Assembly: GCF_001194135.2 (NCBI RefSeq)
Contig: NC_068998.1
Coordinates: 12,747,440 to 12,811,439 of the forward strand
Direction: 5' to 3'
DNA: 64,000 nucleotides
From: Octopus bimaculoides
Lineage: Eukaryota
In this document: positions 24,040 to 36,109 of the stretch, piece after piece
Numbering within the stretch: position 1 is the first letter of the stretch
How the letters are laid out: each line of letters opens with the position of its first letter
Program-made: the position numbers and the translations under genes
Notes under the pieces: generated by a model
The model's input: only the letters and a program-made list of their open reading frames with translations
The model's database searches: none
Told to the model about the DNA's origin: nothing

Positions 24040-25258
24040 TTAAGATCCTGAAATGGGATGATCATGGCTGGAATGTCTCTGATCAGATGTTTGCTCAAGC
24101 AGAGCAGATCTGAGGCTGTGCAGTAACATATCCAACTCATACTAGTGTGGATAAAAGTTGCCTTAAAAATGAAATACAATTTTAAATAATTAAATCATTT
24201 ATTGATTATTAAATATTAAAATCTCAGCTACATGACAAACCCTGACTCAATTAGTTTTCATTTTCATTAAACTCATTAATTTCAATCAGTTTACATTTAG
24301 CCAGAGAGACCATTCTGACATCTTTGGCAATGCTTCTCCTGACTTTCTTGTATTCTTAGTTATCTCTCATCAACTCTGTATCTTAAAATATTATATTATA
24401 GAGAATAATCAAATAAGGAAATTAAGTTCTTACTAAAAAGCTAACATTATTTATTTGTATATTTTTACAATTATATTTTTATATCCGCTGAGAAAACGGA
24501 TTTCTCTGCGGCATATATTTAGAACTTTGAGCAAACAGAAAGTCCGATATGGCTGCCACTTCGTCTGAACAGAGAACACTCACAACTTCTGTACAAAATG
24601 ATAACAATCAGGTGTTGGCTGTTATTCAAGGTTGTCAGATGCAATAGAGGTTATATCTATTTGTAGCCTGATGGGTTTTTTTTTTTAAATTTTCTTGCTG
24701 AGGAACTGAAAAGCTCCCTCCTTTACAACTTAACCATTCATACCTGTTCAGTAAGCCATGCAATTTTCCTCAGGACCAGAGAGAGAGAGAGAGAGAGAGT
24801 CTAGTACTTGGTGCAATTAGCTTTTACATATTTTGCCTTTGTATGAATGCACTGAAGTAACTTGATTTAAAACAAAATAGGTGAACACAATGCACTTCTC
24901 TGTTTTAGCATCTAGTTTCAATTATGAGTTTGTGTTTTTTTTTTTTTGTCACTATGTCAGTTTATACAATTGTTTCTTTTTTTTTTTTGTTGGAGGACTT
25001 GAATAAACACACAAAATATCAAAATTTGCACAAGTCCCCAGAACAGATATATATACTCAGAGACATAGACAACATCATAGAAACACAACTACAAGAGTCT
25101 AAATTTGAAGTTGCATGGAGATGAATCAAGCTGTTTTATATATCAGTATATATGTAACTCCTACTGAAAGTGTTGAGCGTCTCTGTCTTTCGCTTGTCCA
25201 CCCTTTCAGAAATAGCTGCTATGTCAGAAGAAGAGCAATTATTACATTTAGAAGAGCC

Positions 25259-25331
25259 GCCCGCATAGCTCAGTCGGTAGAGCATCAAACTTTTAATCTG
25301 AGGGTCGTGGGTTCATGTCCCTCTGCGGGCG
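25259..25331 (+). tRNA. trnK: tRNA-Lys(UUU) gene, possibly impaired or a recent pseudogene
   Basis: 73 nt with a perfect 7-bp acceptor stem GCCCGCA/TGCGGGC, canonical D-arm, anticodon loop CT-TTT-AA and discriminator G. Lesions: A30-C40 and T50-T64 mismatches, and T at invariant A58. Confidence 0.85.
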
Positions 25332-25345
25332 ATGCAATACTTTAC

Positions 25346-25349
25346 TTTT
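25346..25349 (+). terminator. Putative Pol III terminator (T4)
   Basis: TTTT starting 15 nt downstream of the tRNA 3' end. Confidence 0.5.
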
Positions 25350-25520
25350 CTACACTCTGTGAGTGGTTGGCGTTAGGAAGGGCATCCAGCTGTAGAAACT
25401 CTACCAAATTAGATTGGAGCCTGGTGTTGCCATCCGGTTTCACCAGTCCTCAGTCAAATCGTCCAACCCATGCTAGCATGGAAAGCGGACGTTAAACGAT
25501 GATGATGATGATGATGATGA
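25350..25520 (+). mobile_element. Family A tail, young copy immediately downstream of the tRNA
   Basis: ctacactctgtgagtggttggcgttagg...CCATGCTAGCATGG...(gat)n. Confidence 0.9.
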
Positions 25521-26879
25521 TTGAGTCCATCTATACTGTCTCTGCTGAATCTGTGGCCTTTAGAAATAGATAGGGCAGTCAAGGAGTGCTGTTGCTACAC
25601 TGCAACCTGTACAATTCATCACTGCATGTTGGATTGTGCAGTATGGCTCTTAGTTTGGCAGAAGCAGAAAAAAAACAGGTCTGTGGACCATGCCTAATCG
25701 TTTGGTTGACTGACTGCCATAAGTTCACTCAATCAGATCTGTTCTCAGCGAGGAAAACTCCAGATATTTTACACCTGAACGAACATTATATAAAACAATT
25801 AAGTTACTACTTTGTTATGAAGTAGTTAATCTGAATTTAACCAATATCTCATAATACATAAACAGAATTCATATAACGATTGGCTTGTAAACAACAGAAT
25901 ATATTGCATTATATATCCTGTGGCAAAATAAAAATCACAATAATTCACAAGAAGAGTGTGTAAATAAGAAAAGTTTTAGTGTAGTCATGTTAGGAAGACA
26001 GCAACATATATTGTTTTTCATCAGTTAGTTATGCTTGTTTNNNNNNNNNNNNNNNNNNNNNNNNNNNNNNNNNNNNNNNNNNNNNNNNNNNNNNNNNNNN
26101 NNNNNNNNNNNNNNNNNNNNNNNNNNNNNNNNNNNNNNNNNNNNNNNNNNNNNNNNNNNNNNNNNNNNNNNNNNNNNNNNNNNNNNNNNNNNNNNNNNNN
26201 NNNNNNNNNNNNNNNNNNNNNNNNNNNNNNNNNNNNNNNNNNNNNNNNNNNNNNNNNNNNNNNNNNNNNNNNNNNNNNNNNNNNNNNNNNNNNNNNNNNN
26301 NNNNNNNNNNNNNNNNNNNNNNNNNNNNNNNNNNNNNNNNNNNNNNNNNNNNNNNNNNNNNNNNNNNNNNNNNNNNNNNNNNNNNNNNNNNNNNNNNNNN
26401 NNNNNNNNNNNNNNNNNNNNNNNNNNNNNNNNNNNNNNNNNNNNNNNNNNNNNNNNNNNNNNNNNNNNNNNNNNNNNNNNNNNNNNNNNNNNNNNNNNNN
26501 NNNNNNNNNNNNNNNNNNNNNNNNNNNNNNNNNNNNNNNNNNNNNNNNNNNNNNNNNNNNNNNNNNNNNNNNNNNNNNNNNNNNNNNNNNNNNNNNNNNN
26601 NNNNNNNNNNNNNNNNNNNNNNNNNNNNNNNNNNNNNNNNNNNNNNNNNNNNNNNNNNNNNNNNNNNNNNNNNNNNNNNNNNNNNNNNNNNNNNNNNNNN
26701 NNNNNNNNNNNNNNNNNNNNNNNNNNNNNNNNNNNNNNNNNNNNNNNNNNNNNNNNNNNNNNNNNNNNNNNNNNNNNNNNNNNNNNNNNNNNNNNNNNNN
26801 NNNNNNNNNNNNNNNNNNNNNNNNNNNNNNNNNNNNNNNNNNNNNNNNNNNNNNNNNNNNNNNNNNNNNNNNNNNNNNN

Positions 26880-26939
<60 letters not shown>

Positions 26940-27052
26940 TTAACGTCCGCCTTCCATGCTAGCATGGGTTGGACGACTTGACTGAGGACTGGTGAAACCG
27001 GATGGCAACACCAGGCTCCAATCTAAATTTGGCAGAGTTTCTACAGCTGGAT
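26880..27052 (-). mobile_element. Family A tail, young copy in inverted orientation
   Basis: (cat)n ttaacgtccgccttccatgctagcatgg...ctacagctgga. Confidence 0.9.
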
Positions 27053-27390
27053 ATATATATATATATACATGCATGCATACATACATACATACATACATAC
27101 ATACATACTCGTATGTATGCATGAATGATGCCTGATGCAATCATGCGTGCATGAATGAATGTAGTTGGTGATTCTGTTAGAAATCGAAGAAACTCTGATG
27201 AAAGTACAGTACTCAATATATCAAGTAAAGAGCATAGTAATTTATTTAATCACGAGTGACTCTTACAGGATTAGTTCTATCGCATTCATGGAGAAATTGC
27301 CTCTGTGTGTGTGTGTGAATGTGTGTGTGTGTATAAACAAACAAATATAGCATCACCATTACCATCATTATCATTACCATCATTATCATC

Positions 27391-27570
27391 AAGATGGTAG
27401 GCTGGCAGAATCATTAGCACACTGGACGAAATGCTGCGAAGCGTTTCATCTGTCTCTATGTTCTGAGTTCAAATTCCATCAAGATCGACTTTGCCTTTTT
27501 TTCCTTTGTGGGTTGATAAGATAAATACCAGTTGATCACTGGGGTTGATGCAATCACTTCCACCCCTGAA
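27391..27570 (+). mobile_element. Degenerate family B SINE
   Basis: ggctggcagaatcattagcac...gagttcaaattcc...ccagttgatcactggggttgat. Confidence 0.7.
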
Positions 27571-27818
27571 AGTCTTTATACATGTGTGTGTGTGTGTGTG
27601 TGTGTTCATTTGTATATATGTATATACACACAGTTACACATGTATATATGCACATTCATACGTGTATATGTACTTATACATGCATGCATACTTGCATATG
27701 TATGTGTGTGTGTGTGTACATATGCACACATACTTACAGGTGTGTGTGTATGTGTATGCATCCACACATATATATGCTTATACATATGTGTACATATACA
27801 CATATTTACAAAGGCATG

Positions 27819-27879
<61 letters not shown>

Positions 27880-28090
27880 CACACACACACACACACTCAT
27901 ACACACATGCTCATTTATAGAGGTTCTCTAAACTTAAGACTGCACAAACTGCAAGTGAAATTAATAAAAGCAAATATTAATGGAATGCATTATTTTTCAA
28001 TATTTTTGCTCTCTCTCTCTATATATATATTTATATATTTATATACATATATATATTTATATACATATATATATTGTATTTATTTTGTTT
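27570..28090. repeat. Compound (TG)/(TA)/(CA) microsatellite tract
   Basis: Direct inspection. Confidence 0.9.
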
Positions 28091-29962
28091 TATATTTACT
28101 CTGATTTTAGAATCACCATTATTTCGGCGCATAGCTTCTTCTTTCTTTCTGATTGCAAAATATCAATCTTCTTGATTACATTTGTGTACTTCACCTTTAT
28201 CATGGAATATAAATTGAATGTGGCTACGCGAGAACGTAAAAGTTAAAGGCGAACAGACATAAAGCCTGGTCACATTTGCTATATGTCAAGTATTTTTTTA
28301 ATTTTTTTTTTTCTGATTTTTGTAGTCTTTTAAATTTTGCTATTTTTTTCTTGAACTTTAATGCTTTTCAACTTTATATAACTTAATATAACTGATAGGT
28401 TGCATGAGATGATAGATCAATATAACATTATATTGAATTTACGTGTGAAGCTTGTTTGAACTGCTGATGGAAACTAGATCTCTGTAACTATTGTTGGTAA
28501 TTATTATTATTATCATTATTATTATCATTATTATTATTAGTTTGTTATTGCTCATGTTCTTTTATTTTACAGGCCGGACTGTTGGCTCTCTCCATATAAG
28601 TCAGTCAATTACGACTATTCTATGTTAGTATATACAATTGAGAACTAGTTGCCTGCTTATAAGAGCACGAACGGTTTTAATTCTAAAGGTGGTGACTGTC
28701 ATTGATTTAGGCATTCATTTGGCTCATTCACATCATAATGTGGTTAAGAGCTGAGTGGGTTGGGGGGTGTTTGGAGTAGTGATGTTGTTGTTGCCTTGCT
28801 GCTTAGATCCAGGTAAATGTTTTGGTAAACATTGCTCGATCAAGCATGTGATCAAGGCTGTGACCAATGGCAGTCTTGTCATGACCATAATGTGTTTTTA
28901 TAGATGCATTAGAGTACATCTAATGCAGCAGTTCTCACAGTTCTCAAAGTGACAAACATCAGAACCTCCCCCCCCCCACTTCATTAGTCATTACCACTCT
29001 CTTTCTTAATTGCCTCTAATTGAAGTACAAGGTCAGTAGTTTTGAGTTGAAGGTGTCAGGTGATTACCTGAATCACAATACTTGATCCATAGTTTATTTT
29101 ATCAACTCTTGACAGATGAAAGGCCAAAGTTGACCTCAGCAGGATTTGAACTCAGAATGTAGACAGCTGATGCTCTCATGATTCTACCAATCCATCACTT
29201 TGCACCATCTCTTTGCTGCAAAGGAATACACATGCAAGAGTCACATTGTTCCCATAGCATTTCTGTTTTAGCATTCTGCCAGTATTTAACTAATATTTTC
29301 CCACCCATCTTGGTTTTGGGGTTTCTTTATGCATTTCAATGTTTTCACCCTTGTCTACATCTCAGTATCATTGAGTCACTTTCTCCTTGGTTACCCTCTT
29401 CTCTTTTTACTTTTTAATATTTTCTAAACACCCTGTGTTTGCATGTGACCCCCACTCAGTCTACTGAATTCTTTCATTTTCCTTCATTGTGTAGGTTTTA
29501 TTATTAATCTTTATTCTTCTCAGTTAACACATCCTTTTCAATACTAGATTGACTAAGACAGTCATTGATTATTTAATACAAACTTCCTGCATTAAAGAGA
29601 TCTAAATTAAAACCTTCATTCAAAATTTCATATTAATTTGTTTCAAACACCAGCTTTATAATGACAAAATTATTTTCCTAATTTTTTTTCATTATTTTCA
29701 AAATTTATTGAAACAGAAGTAGTGTATTTCAACAGAAATATAACAAAATATAACAAAAATAATTGAGCTATTGTAAATCCAACTAACTTGCTCAGTAATC
29801 CTTCCATTAAGTTTTCTAAATATCCTGGTATTTTCTGATCGCACTCAAAAACTCATTGTGTTCTCGCAGTATGCAGCACTCAAGTATGCTGTAGAGCGTC
29901 TGAATTAGAGGATATAAACTATTTATTCTTTGACCCCACAGCCAGCCTTGGCCTTGTTATCG

Positions 29963-30170
29963 TTGTGTTTTGCCCCCAAATAAGCTCTGATTGAGTAGAT
30001 CTATAATCAAAGGTGTTCCAACAATGAGCATCTTGTCTTATTGTATTATCCATGATTACATTGTCTGACGTGTCCTTTATTTATGATGGTAGGGTATGAT
30101 TTGAAAGAGATTTGGCTGCTATTTCTGGGAGGCCAAGTGACTTTTTATAAGCACCCTCGTTGGTTTAACG
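29963..30170 (-). mobile_element. Family F old unclassified interspersed repeat (representative copy)
   Basis: Recurring motifs gatttggctgctatttctagcagg and tgatcaaagg..ttccagccatgacc. Other fragments at approx. 5620-5850, 10420-11030, 22335-22470, 23590-23770, 35750-35900, 37430-37600, 48545-48750, 51350-51560, 55600-55790 and 62190-62330. Confidence 0.65.
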
Positions 30171-30349
30171 GCTCAAATTATTTTGGTTTTGGGATATGTA
30201 TCTATTCTATCTTGTTATCAATGAAATAAACTTGCAAGTCAAATACTGGGTTAATTTACTCATGCAAGATGACAAAGTACTGAGATATCCAGTGCTTTGC
30301 TGTACTAACAGCAGAAATGTTAAGGCCATTTCTCCCTTGTGAAGAGGAT

Positions 30350-30612
30350 TGGCCCGCAAGAGTCATGTGCCAGTGCCACGTAAAAAGCACCCATGCTGGT
30401 GCCATGTAAAAGCACTCATGCAGTGCCTCGTTAAAAGCACCCAGCGCACACTCTAATGTAGTTGGCATTAGGAAGGGCATCCAGCCATAGAACCATAGAA
30501 ACCAAGCCAAATCAAAGTAGAACTTAGTGCAGCCCTCTAGTTCTCTGGTCAAACTGTCTAACCCATGCCAGCATGGAAAATGGATGTTAAAGGACGATGA
30601 TAATGATGATGA
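30350..30612 (+). mobile_element. Family A variant with three tandem copies of a gtgccacgtaaaaagcacccat-like unit
   Basis: Three units of about 22 bp, then the RTE-type tail aacccatgccagcatggaaaatggatgttaaa...(gat)n. Confidence 0.75.
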
Positions 30613-32202
30613 TACTTGTGTCTGACAACAAATTCTTAGTATCGTTAGCACTAGTGTGGAAGAGAGTGTAATTCCAATGACCACAGCACTCCTGTGTGGA
30701 ATGCTGTGGTCATCATTAGCTTGCATAAACATAATAATCAGACAAAATCATACAAATCCTATAATTAACAGGATGTGTGCCATGTTTGTCATTGTGTCCA
30801 ATAAAAGAACCCCATTTATTTAATTGCAGTTTTTTTTTCTTCTTTTTACAATGGCTATGTGGTTAATTAACATGCTCACTTTCCAATTACATGGTTTTGG
30901 GTTCAGTCCCACTACACTGCATCTTGGACAAGTGTCTTCTACAATGTTTGCAAAGTCACCTGCTTTTCTCCCTCCCTCTCGTTAGTCTTGGATGATTTAT
31001 TAAGGGGCATGGCCATTACCTCTTCCCCTGACCAAGCAGTACCTCTACTCTACAAAGCTATCTTATCCAATATATCCTTTTAAAAGACAATAGAATGTAA
31101 TTTGCAGTACATATGGCTGCTGCTATTTCTAGCAGGTTGGGCAACCACATTGAGTTTCCCTATCTTCCCTTTGGTTTGTCAGATTGACAAGTTTTATATG
31201 TATGCTTAGCCTGGTGTATAATAGGAATCTGATGCTGAGGTAAGATAGGAATGTACTCAGAATTGTGCCATGGATATGTATATATACCATTGTTTGTTTG
31301 AAACAGATGGCAGCCTATTTATGTCTCTTCTCTGTGTAGAATACTACACAGATAGTCAGTCATTCATCTGCTATATTTGGGAGGCAGATTTAAACTCGGT
31401 CTCCTGATGCTGTCAATTCGAGAAATGGCTCAAAAATGAAAAGGAGGAGGAGGAGGGTGACGACGAAGGGGAAGAGGAGGGGGAAGAGAAAAGACGAAGA
31501 AGAAGAAGGAAAAGAAATAACAAAGCTTGTTTTTTAGTTCTGTCTATAAATTACTGCTGTTTGCAGTTTGATTTTTCTTCAATGAATCATATTAGTGTTT
31601 AATACAACACTCTTGTATGTATGCGCGTGTTCTATGTATGTATGAATGTGTCTGTATATGTGTTTGTTTGTGTGTGCGTGTTCTATATACGTATATATGT
31701 ATGTATGAATGTGTCTGTATATGTGTTTGTTTTTGTGTGTGTGCGTGTGTATGTATCATCATCATTTAACGTCCGCTTTCCATGCTGGCATAGTTATGTG
31801 TGTGTGTCTGTGAATATGTATGTGAATATGAAACAAAATAAATATATTTATTCTTATTACCCTGCCATAAGCATGTTAAGAATTTTTTTTTCCTCTACTG
31901 AATATGACTGAAAGATAATATTGTACTTCATATTTTCTATGAATGCTTCTTTCTAGGGAAGAGCAAGAGTGNNNNNNNNNNGGGGGGGGGGGGAGAAAAG
32001 AAACTAATATCTATTTTAAAATAGATATTTCATCAGTTTTCTTTTTGCTTATTGTACTCACCTACAACTTCAGCTCTGAAATGAAAACATAACTTTATTT
32101 CGTTTTATTTTGAAGAATATACTTTCTTAGCAATTATTATAAATCTCCATATATAACGTACACTTTTCCTCACCAAAATTAAAATTAATATTAGTTATTT
32201 GT

Positions 32203-32425
32203 ATAAGGCGGTGAGCTGGCAGAATCATTAACACGCCAGGCAAAATGCTTAGCAGCATTTCGTATGCCTTTACATTCTGAGTTCAAATTCTGCTGAGGTC
32301 AGCTTAACCTTTCGCCCTTTTGGGGTTGATAAAATAAGACCAGTTGAGAACTAGAGTCAATGTAATCAATTTACCCCATCCTTCGAAATTGCTGGCTTTG
32401 TGCCAAAATTTGAAACCAATATTAT
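32203..32425 (+). mobile_element. Family B SINE
   Basis: aaggcggtgagctggcagaatc...ttgtgccaaaatttgaaaccaatattat. Confidence 0.8.
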
Positions 32426-32879
32426 GGGTTTAATACATAATATAAGATTGCAAAGTTTTTCACTGACACTTTTATTAAGGAAAATATATAAAAAAAAACC
32501 CACAATGTAATAAACCTTTATTATAAAGAAGTTTTAAGAATTGATATATTGGATTATAGAAGATTGAAGATTACCTTCTCTTGAGTAGTTGTGTAACAAT
32601 GTGTTATCCATAGCATTATAAGGTCTTAAAGACAATTTAGGCATAAAGCATGATGCATGCTATACATAGTCTTATCATATATGGGCTTATACATATATAG
32701 CAGTGTGTGTTATACATGTATAATAATCCCATGTAAAGCTCTACTATGTATGACATTGTGTGCTGTAGGGATTTTAACAGAATTCAGGCACAAAATTCAT
32801 GATGCTCATTATACATGGGGTTTAACAGTATTAAAAAAAAAACATTCATTCTTCTCTTCAATCAACTCCTTCTCCTCCT

Positions 32880-32961
32880 CATCAAATCATTGTCTTCTTG
32901 CTCATCATCATCATCATTGTCTTCATCATCATCACCACCACCACCGACTGTCACGATGCTG

Positions 32962-33000
<39 letters not shown>

Positions 33001-33020
33001 ATGATGGTGATGATGGATGG
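32880..33020. repeat. Compound (CAT)n/(CAC)n/(TAG)n/(GAT)n trinucleotide tract
   Basis: Direct inspection. Confidence 0.9.
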
Positions 33021-33549
33021 GTAGATAGTGTTACCATTGCTAGTCGTTGTTTAACATCATAATTCAGCACCGATTAAGCTGACCTATGATAAAAGGTATT
33101 CTAGTCTTGACCATTCTGTCCTTTTTTACCTACTTACTGGGAGTCCAGTGGCACACTTCACGACATGTCCTTCTCCTAAGATGTTAGAGGGGTGAGTTGC
33201 AGGGGTGCTTAGACTAGCAATCGAGTAGATGTTTAATACCTGATATATAAAAATAAATTCTTATAATAATATATTTTCAGTGTTTGATTTATTGAGCCTG
33301 GAAGGTAGAAAGGCAAAGCCAACCTTAGTGAGATCTAAATGTAGAATGCATAAAGGCATAACGAAATACAATTCTGCATTGAATCCAAGCCAATGAGAGA
33401 GCTTCTTCATGGTTGATTGATCTGCCAGAAGTAAAAGTCTCTATCAAAACGTAGATGGAAAGACATATTGGATTACATATATCATCCATGCTAGCAAAAG
33501 TATACTTCCAAAGATACCTGACTTATTATTATGTTGGACCTTGGGAAGG

Positions 33550-33584
<35 letters not shown>

Positions 33585-33586
<2 letters not shown>

Positions 33587-34036
33587 GGTGATGAGCTGGC
33601 AGAATTGGTAGTACGCTGGATGAAATGCTCAGCTGTATTTTGCCTGTCGCTACGTTCTGAGTTCAAATTCTGTTCAGCTCAACTTTGCCTTTCATCCTTT
33701 TGGGGCCGATAAATTAAGTACCAGTGAAACACTGGGGTCAATGTAATTGACTAGTCACTTCCTCTAAAATTTCAGGCCTTGTGCCTTTAGTAGAAAGGAT
33801 TATTATTATTATTGTTAAGGCAGCGAGCTGGCAGAATCATTAGTATGCCAGACAAAATTCCTCTAAACATTTTCTCCAGTTTACTTTCTCGGTTCAAATT
33901 CTGCCAGGGTCAACTTTACTTTTCATCCTTTTGGGATTGATAAAATAAGTACCAGTTGAACACTGGGGTCAATGTAATTGACCAGCTCACCTCACAATTT
34001 CAAGTCTTGTACCTATAAAAGAAAGGATTATTATTA
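33585..34036 (+). mobile_element. Head-to-tail dimer of family B SINEs linked by (ATT)n
   Basis: Two B units (about 33585-33810 and 33817-34036), each ending agaaaggatt(att)n. Confidence 0.85.
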
Positions 34037-34075
34037 CTGTTGTTGTTTTAGTATTTGATTTCTTCTCCTTTTGTT

Positions 34076-34379
34076 TTATTACCTCTGCCTTCGCTAAGGC
34101 GGAGGTATTGTTTTCAGTCTGTTTGTTTGAATAAAGATATCTCAAGAACCACTGGATGGATTTGGATGAAACTTTCAGGGATGTTTGACCTTGTGAGTGG
34201 CACGGTCTCATTAAGATTTGGGGATTGATCTGGTACCGAGCAAGAATTCTGGATTATTTTTCCGATTCTTTTTACTTTACATGTATGTGTAAAGTTTCGC
34301 ATAGTTCTCTTGTACATGCACATACACATACATATTCTCACACATTTTCAGCATTATACATTACCATCCCATTTCCATT

Positions 34380-34414
<35 letters not shown>

Positions 34415-34855
34415 AACATACCTCTATTTTACACACACATATACTCACACTTCAAACGCTGTTTATTGGCTTTTTCACTCCTTCCTTCATTATTCATCTA
34501 TCACCCCTTCCTTTCTCATTCACAAGACACTCTCTTTGCCACTTCGTTTCATCTTTCTCATTGTCATTACTTTCTCTAACACCCTCTCAGTCATGGCTAT
34601 TATTCTCACTACTTCTCCTTCACTGTATTAGTATTTCATCTCCTCTCCCTTCACCTCTCACTCAATATATATATATATATATTTGGATTATTTTTCAATT
34701 TGAGAGCGGTCAGGTTCATTTTAAGTATTCTCACTTGTGGGAGCAGTCAAGTTTATTTCAGATATTCTCATTTTAAAAATCATCTCCAGTTAATCGTTGA
34801 GAGGACGTTGGTGTTGCCTTGGCAGAGGTTTGCACTCTCTGAGTGCTCTTGTTTT
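34076..34855 (+). mobile_element. Helentron-associated non-autonomous element (HINE / DINE-1-like)
   Basis: 5' subTIR acctctgcc (34081-34089) with adjacent IR ggcggaggt (34098-34106), followed by a gtctgtttgtttg microsatellite. 3' subTIR ggcagaggt (34821-34829) is the exact reverse complement, followed by hairpin gcactc-tct-gagtgc (34832-34846). T-rich ends. Confidence 0.8.
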
Positions 34856-35184
34856 AATTTATCTATTCAATTCTGAATTCTTGAGCCCATATAACTCTGC
34901 GACCAATTATCAAGAAACTTTGAGAATTTTATAATGTTTTATGTAATAGTTTTCTGGTTTTTCTTTTGGTAGGTGGGAAAAGGTTTATTATTATCTATTT
35001 TGAAAGTGTATGCATGTGTGTTTTAATTATTTCTTCACTAATCACTGTGAACACAATTTCATCACCATATAAATTTGGTTTGCATTGTTATGCTGCCAAA
35101 GACTGGGTATTTGGATTAATTTCTGACACATTTCTGGCAATATTTATCTTGTTAATTCTCTCAGACCATATTTCCTTTGCTTAC

Positions 35185-35247
35185 CTTTTGGACCTTCTCC
35201 AGGTCATTGTCTGTTTTCAAATGGTCTCCAGGAGTGGTTGAAGTCAT
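35185..35247 (-). CDS. Candidate first coding exon MTSTTPGDHLKTDNDLEKVQK, product unknown
   Basis: ccaataATG (A at -3) with an in-frame upstream TGA. 21 open codons end at the strong donor AAG|gtaagc. No downstream partner exon or homology identified. Confidence 0.25.
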
Positions 35248-36109
35248 TATTGGAAGTCACTGGTTAATTGTTTGTGGCTTGCCGACCAGTGAAGCTTCAA
35301 GTCCTACTTTCATTATAATTTTTATATATATGTATATTAAGATTTAAGAAGGGCAGCACTCATGACTCTTTTTAGGGTTTATGAATTCAATAAATAACGT
35401 TGGAAAACTTCTAAAGGATGCGTTCTACATAAAAAAAAACCCAAAAAACAAAACAGAACAGAAAAATTGTAGTTATGTGTTAATAACTAATTAAAATTAA
35501 TCCCATTGTGTGAAGAATATTGATCAAATTAGCTTAGCATTACAAAGTTCACTCCCCTTGCCTCCTTGCCAAAAATTATCATTAACACTAATAACTTTTA
35601 TCCTCATTATGTATGTAATTGTAGTGTATTTTTTTGTATTTATCTCTCCATGCTTGCATGGGCAGAAAAAATGTAACTTAGACATTATCATTACTGTTGT
35701 AGCAATATTTTGTGTTTAAATTACGCCTTCTGATAGTACTTGAGGAATGTCTATGTAATTGCTTGGCCTGCTAGAAATAGTAGCCAAATCTCTGTCAAAT
35801 AACTCTCTTCATTAAAAAAAACAAAAAAAAAACGAATGTGTTAGATAATTTAGTTCTTGTTAGACTTAAAATAAACAAGATGGTAATGACTGGAATATCA
35901 TTCAATTTTAAGTTCTTTAGCTTATTATAATAAACACAGTTAAGGCCATGCTAGAGCACCACCTTCAGTTCTGCTCAGAGTTGACCTGGAGACAAACTGT
36001 ACTAACAAGAATAGCAACTACACCGACTCCACTAACCACAACAACCATATAAACCTGAGTCAATGAAGCAGCCCCTCTATGGTTGCTCAACGCGCTAGAA
36101 ATAACTACC

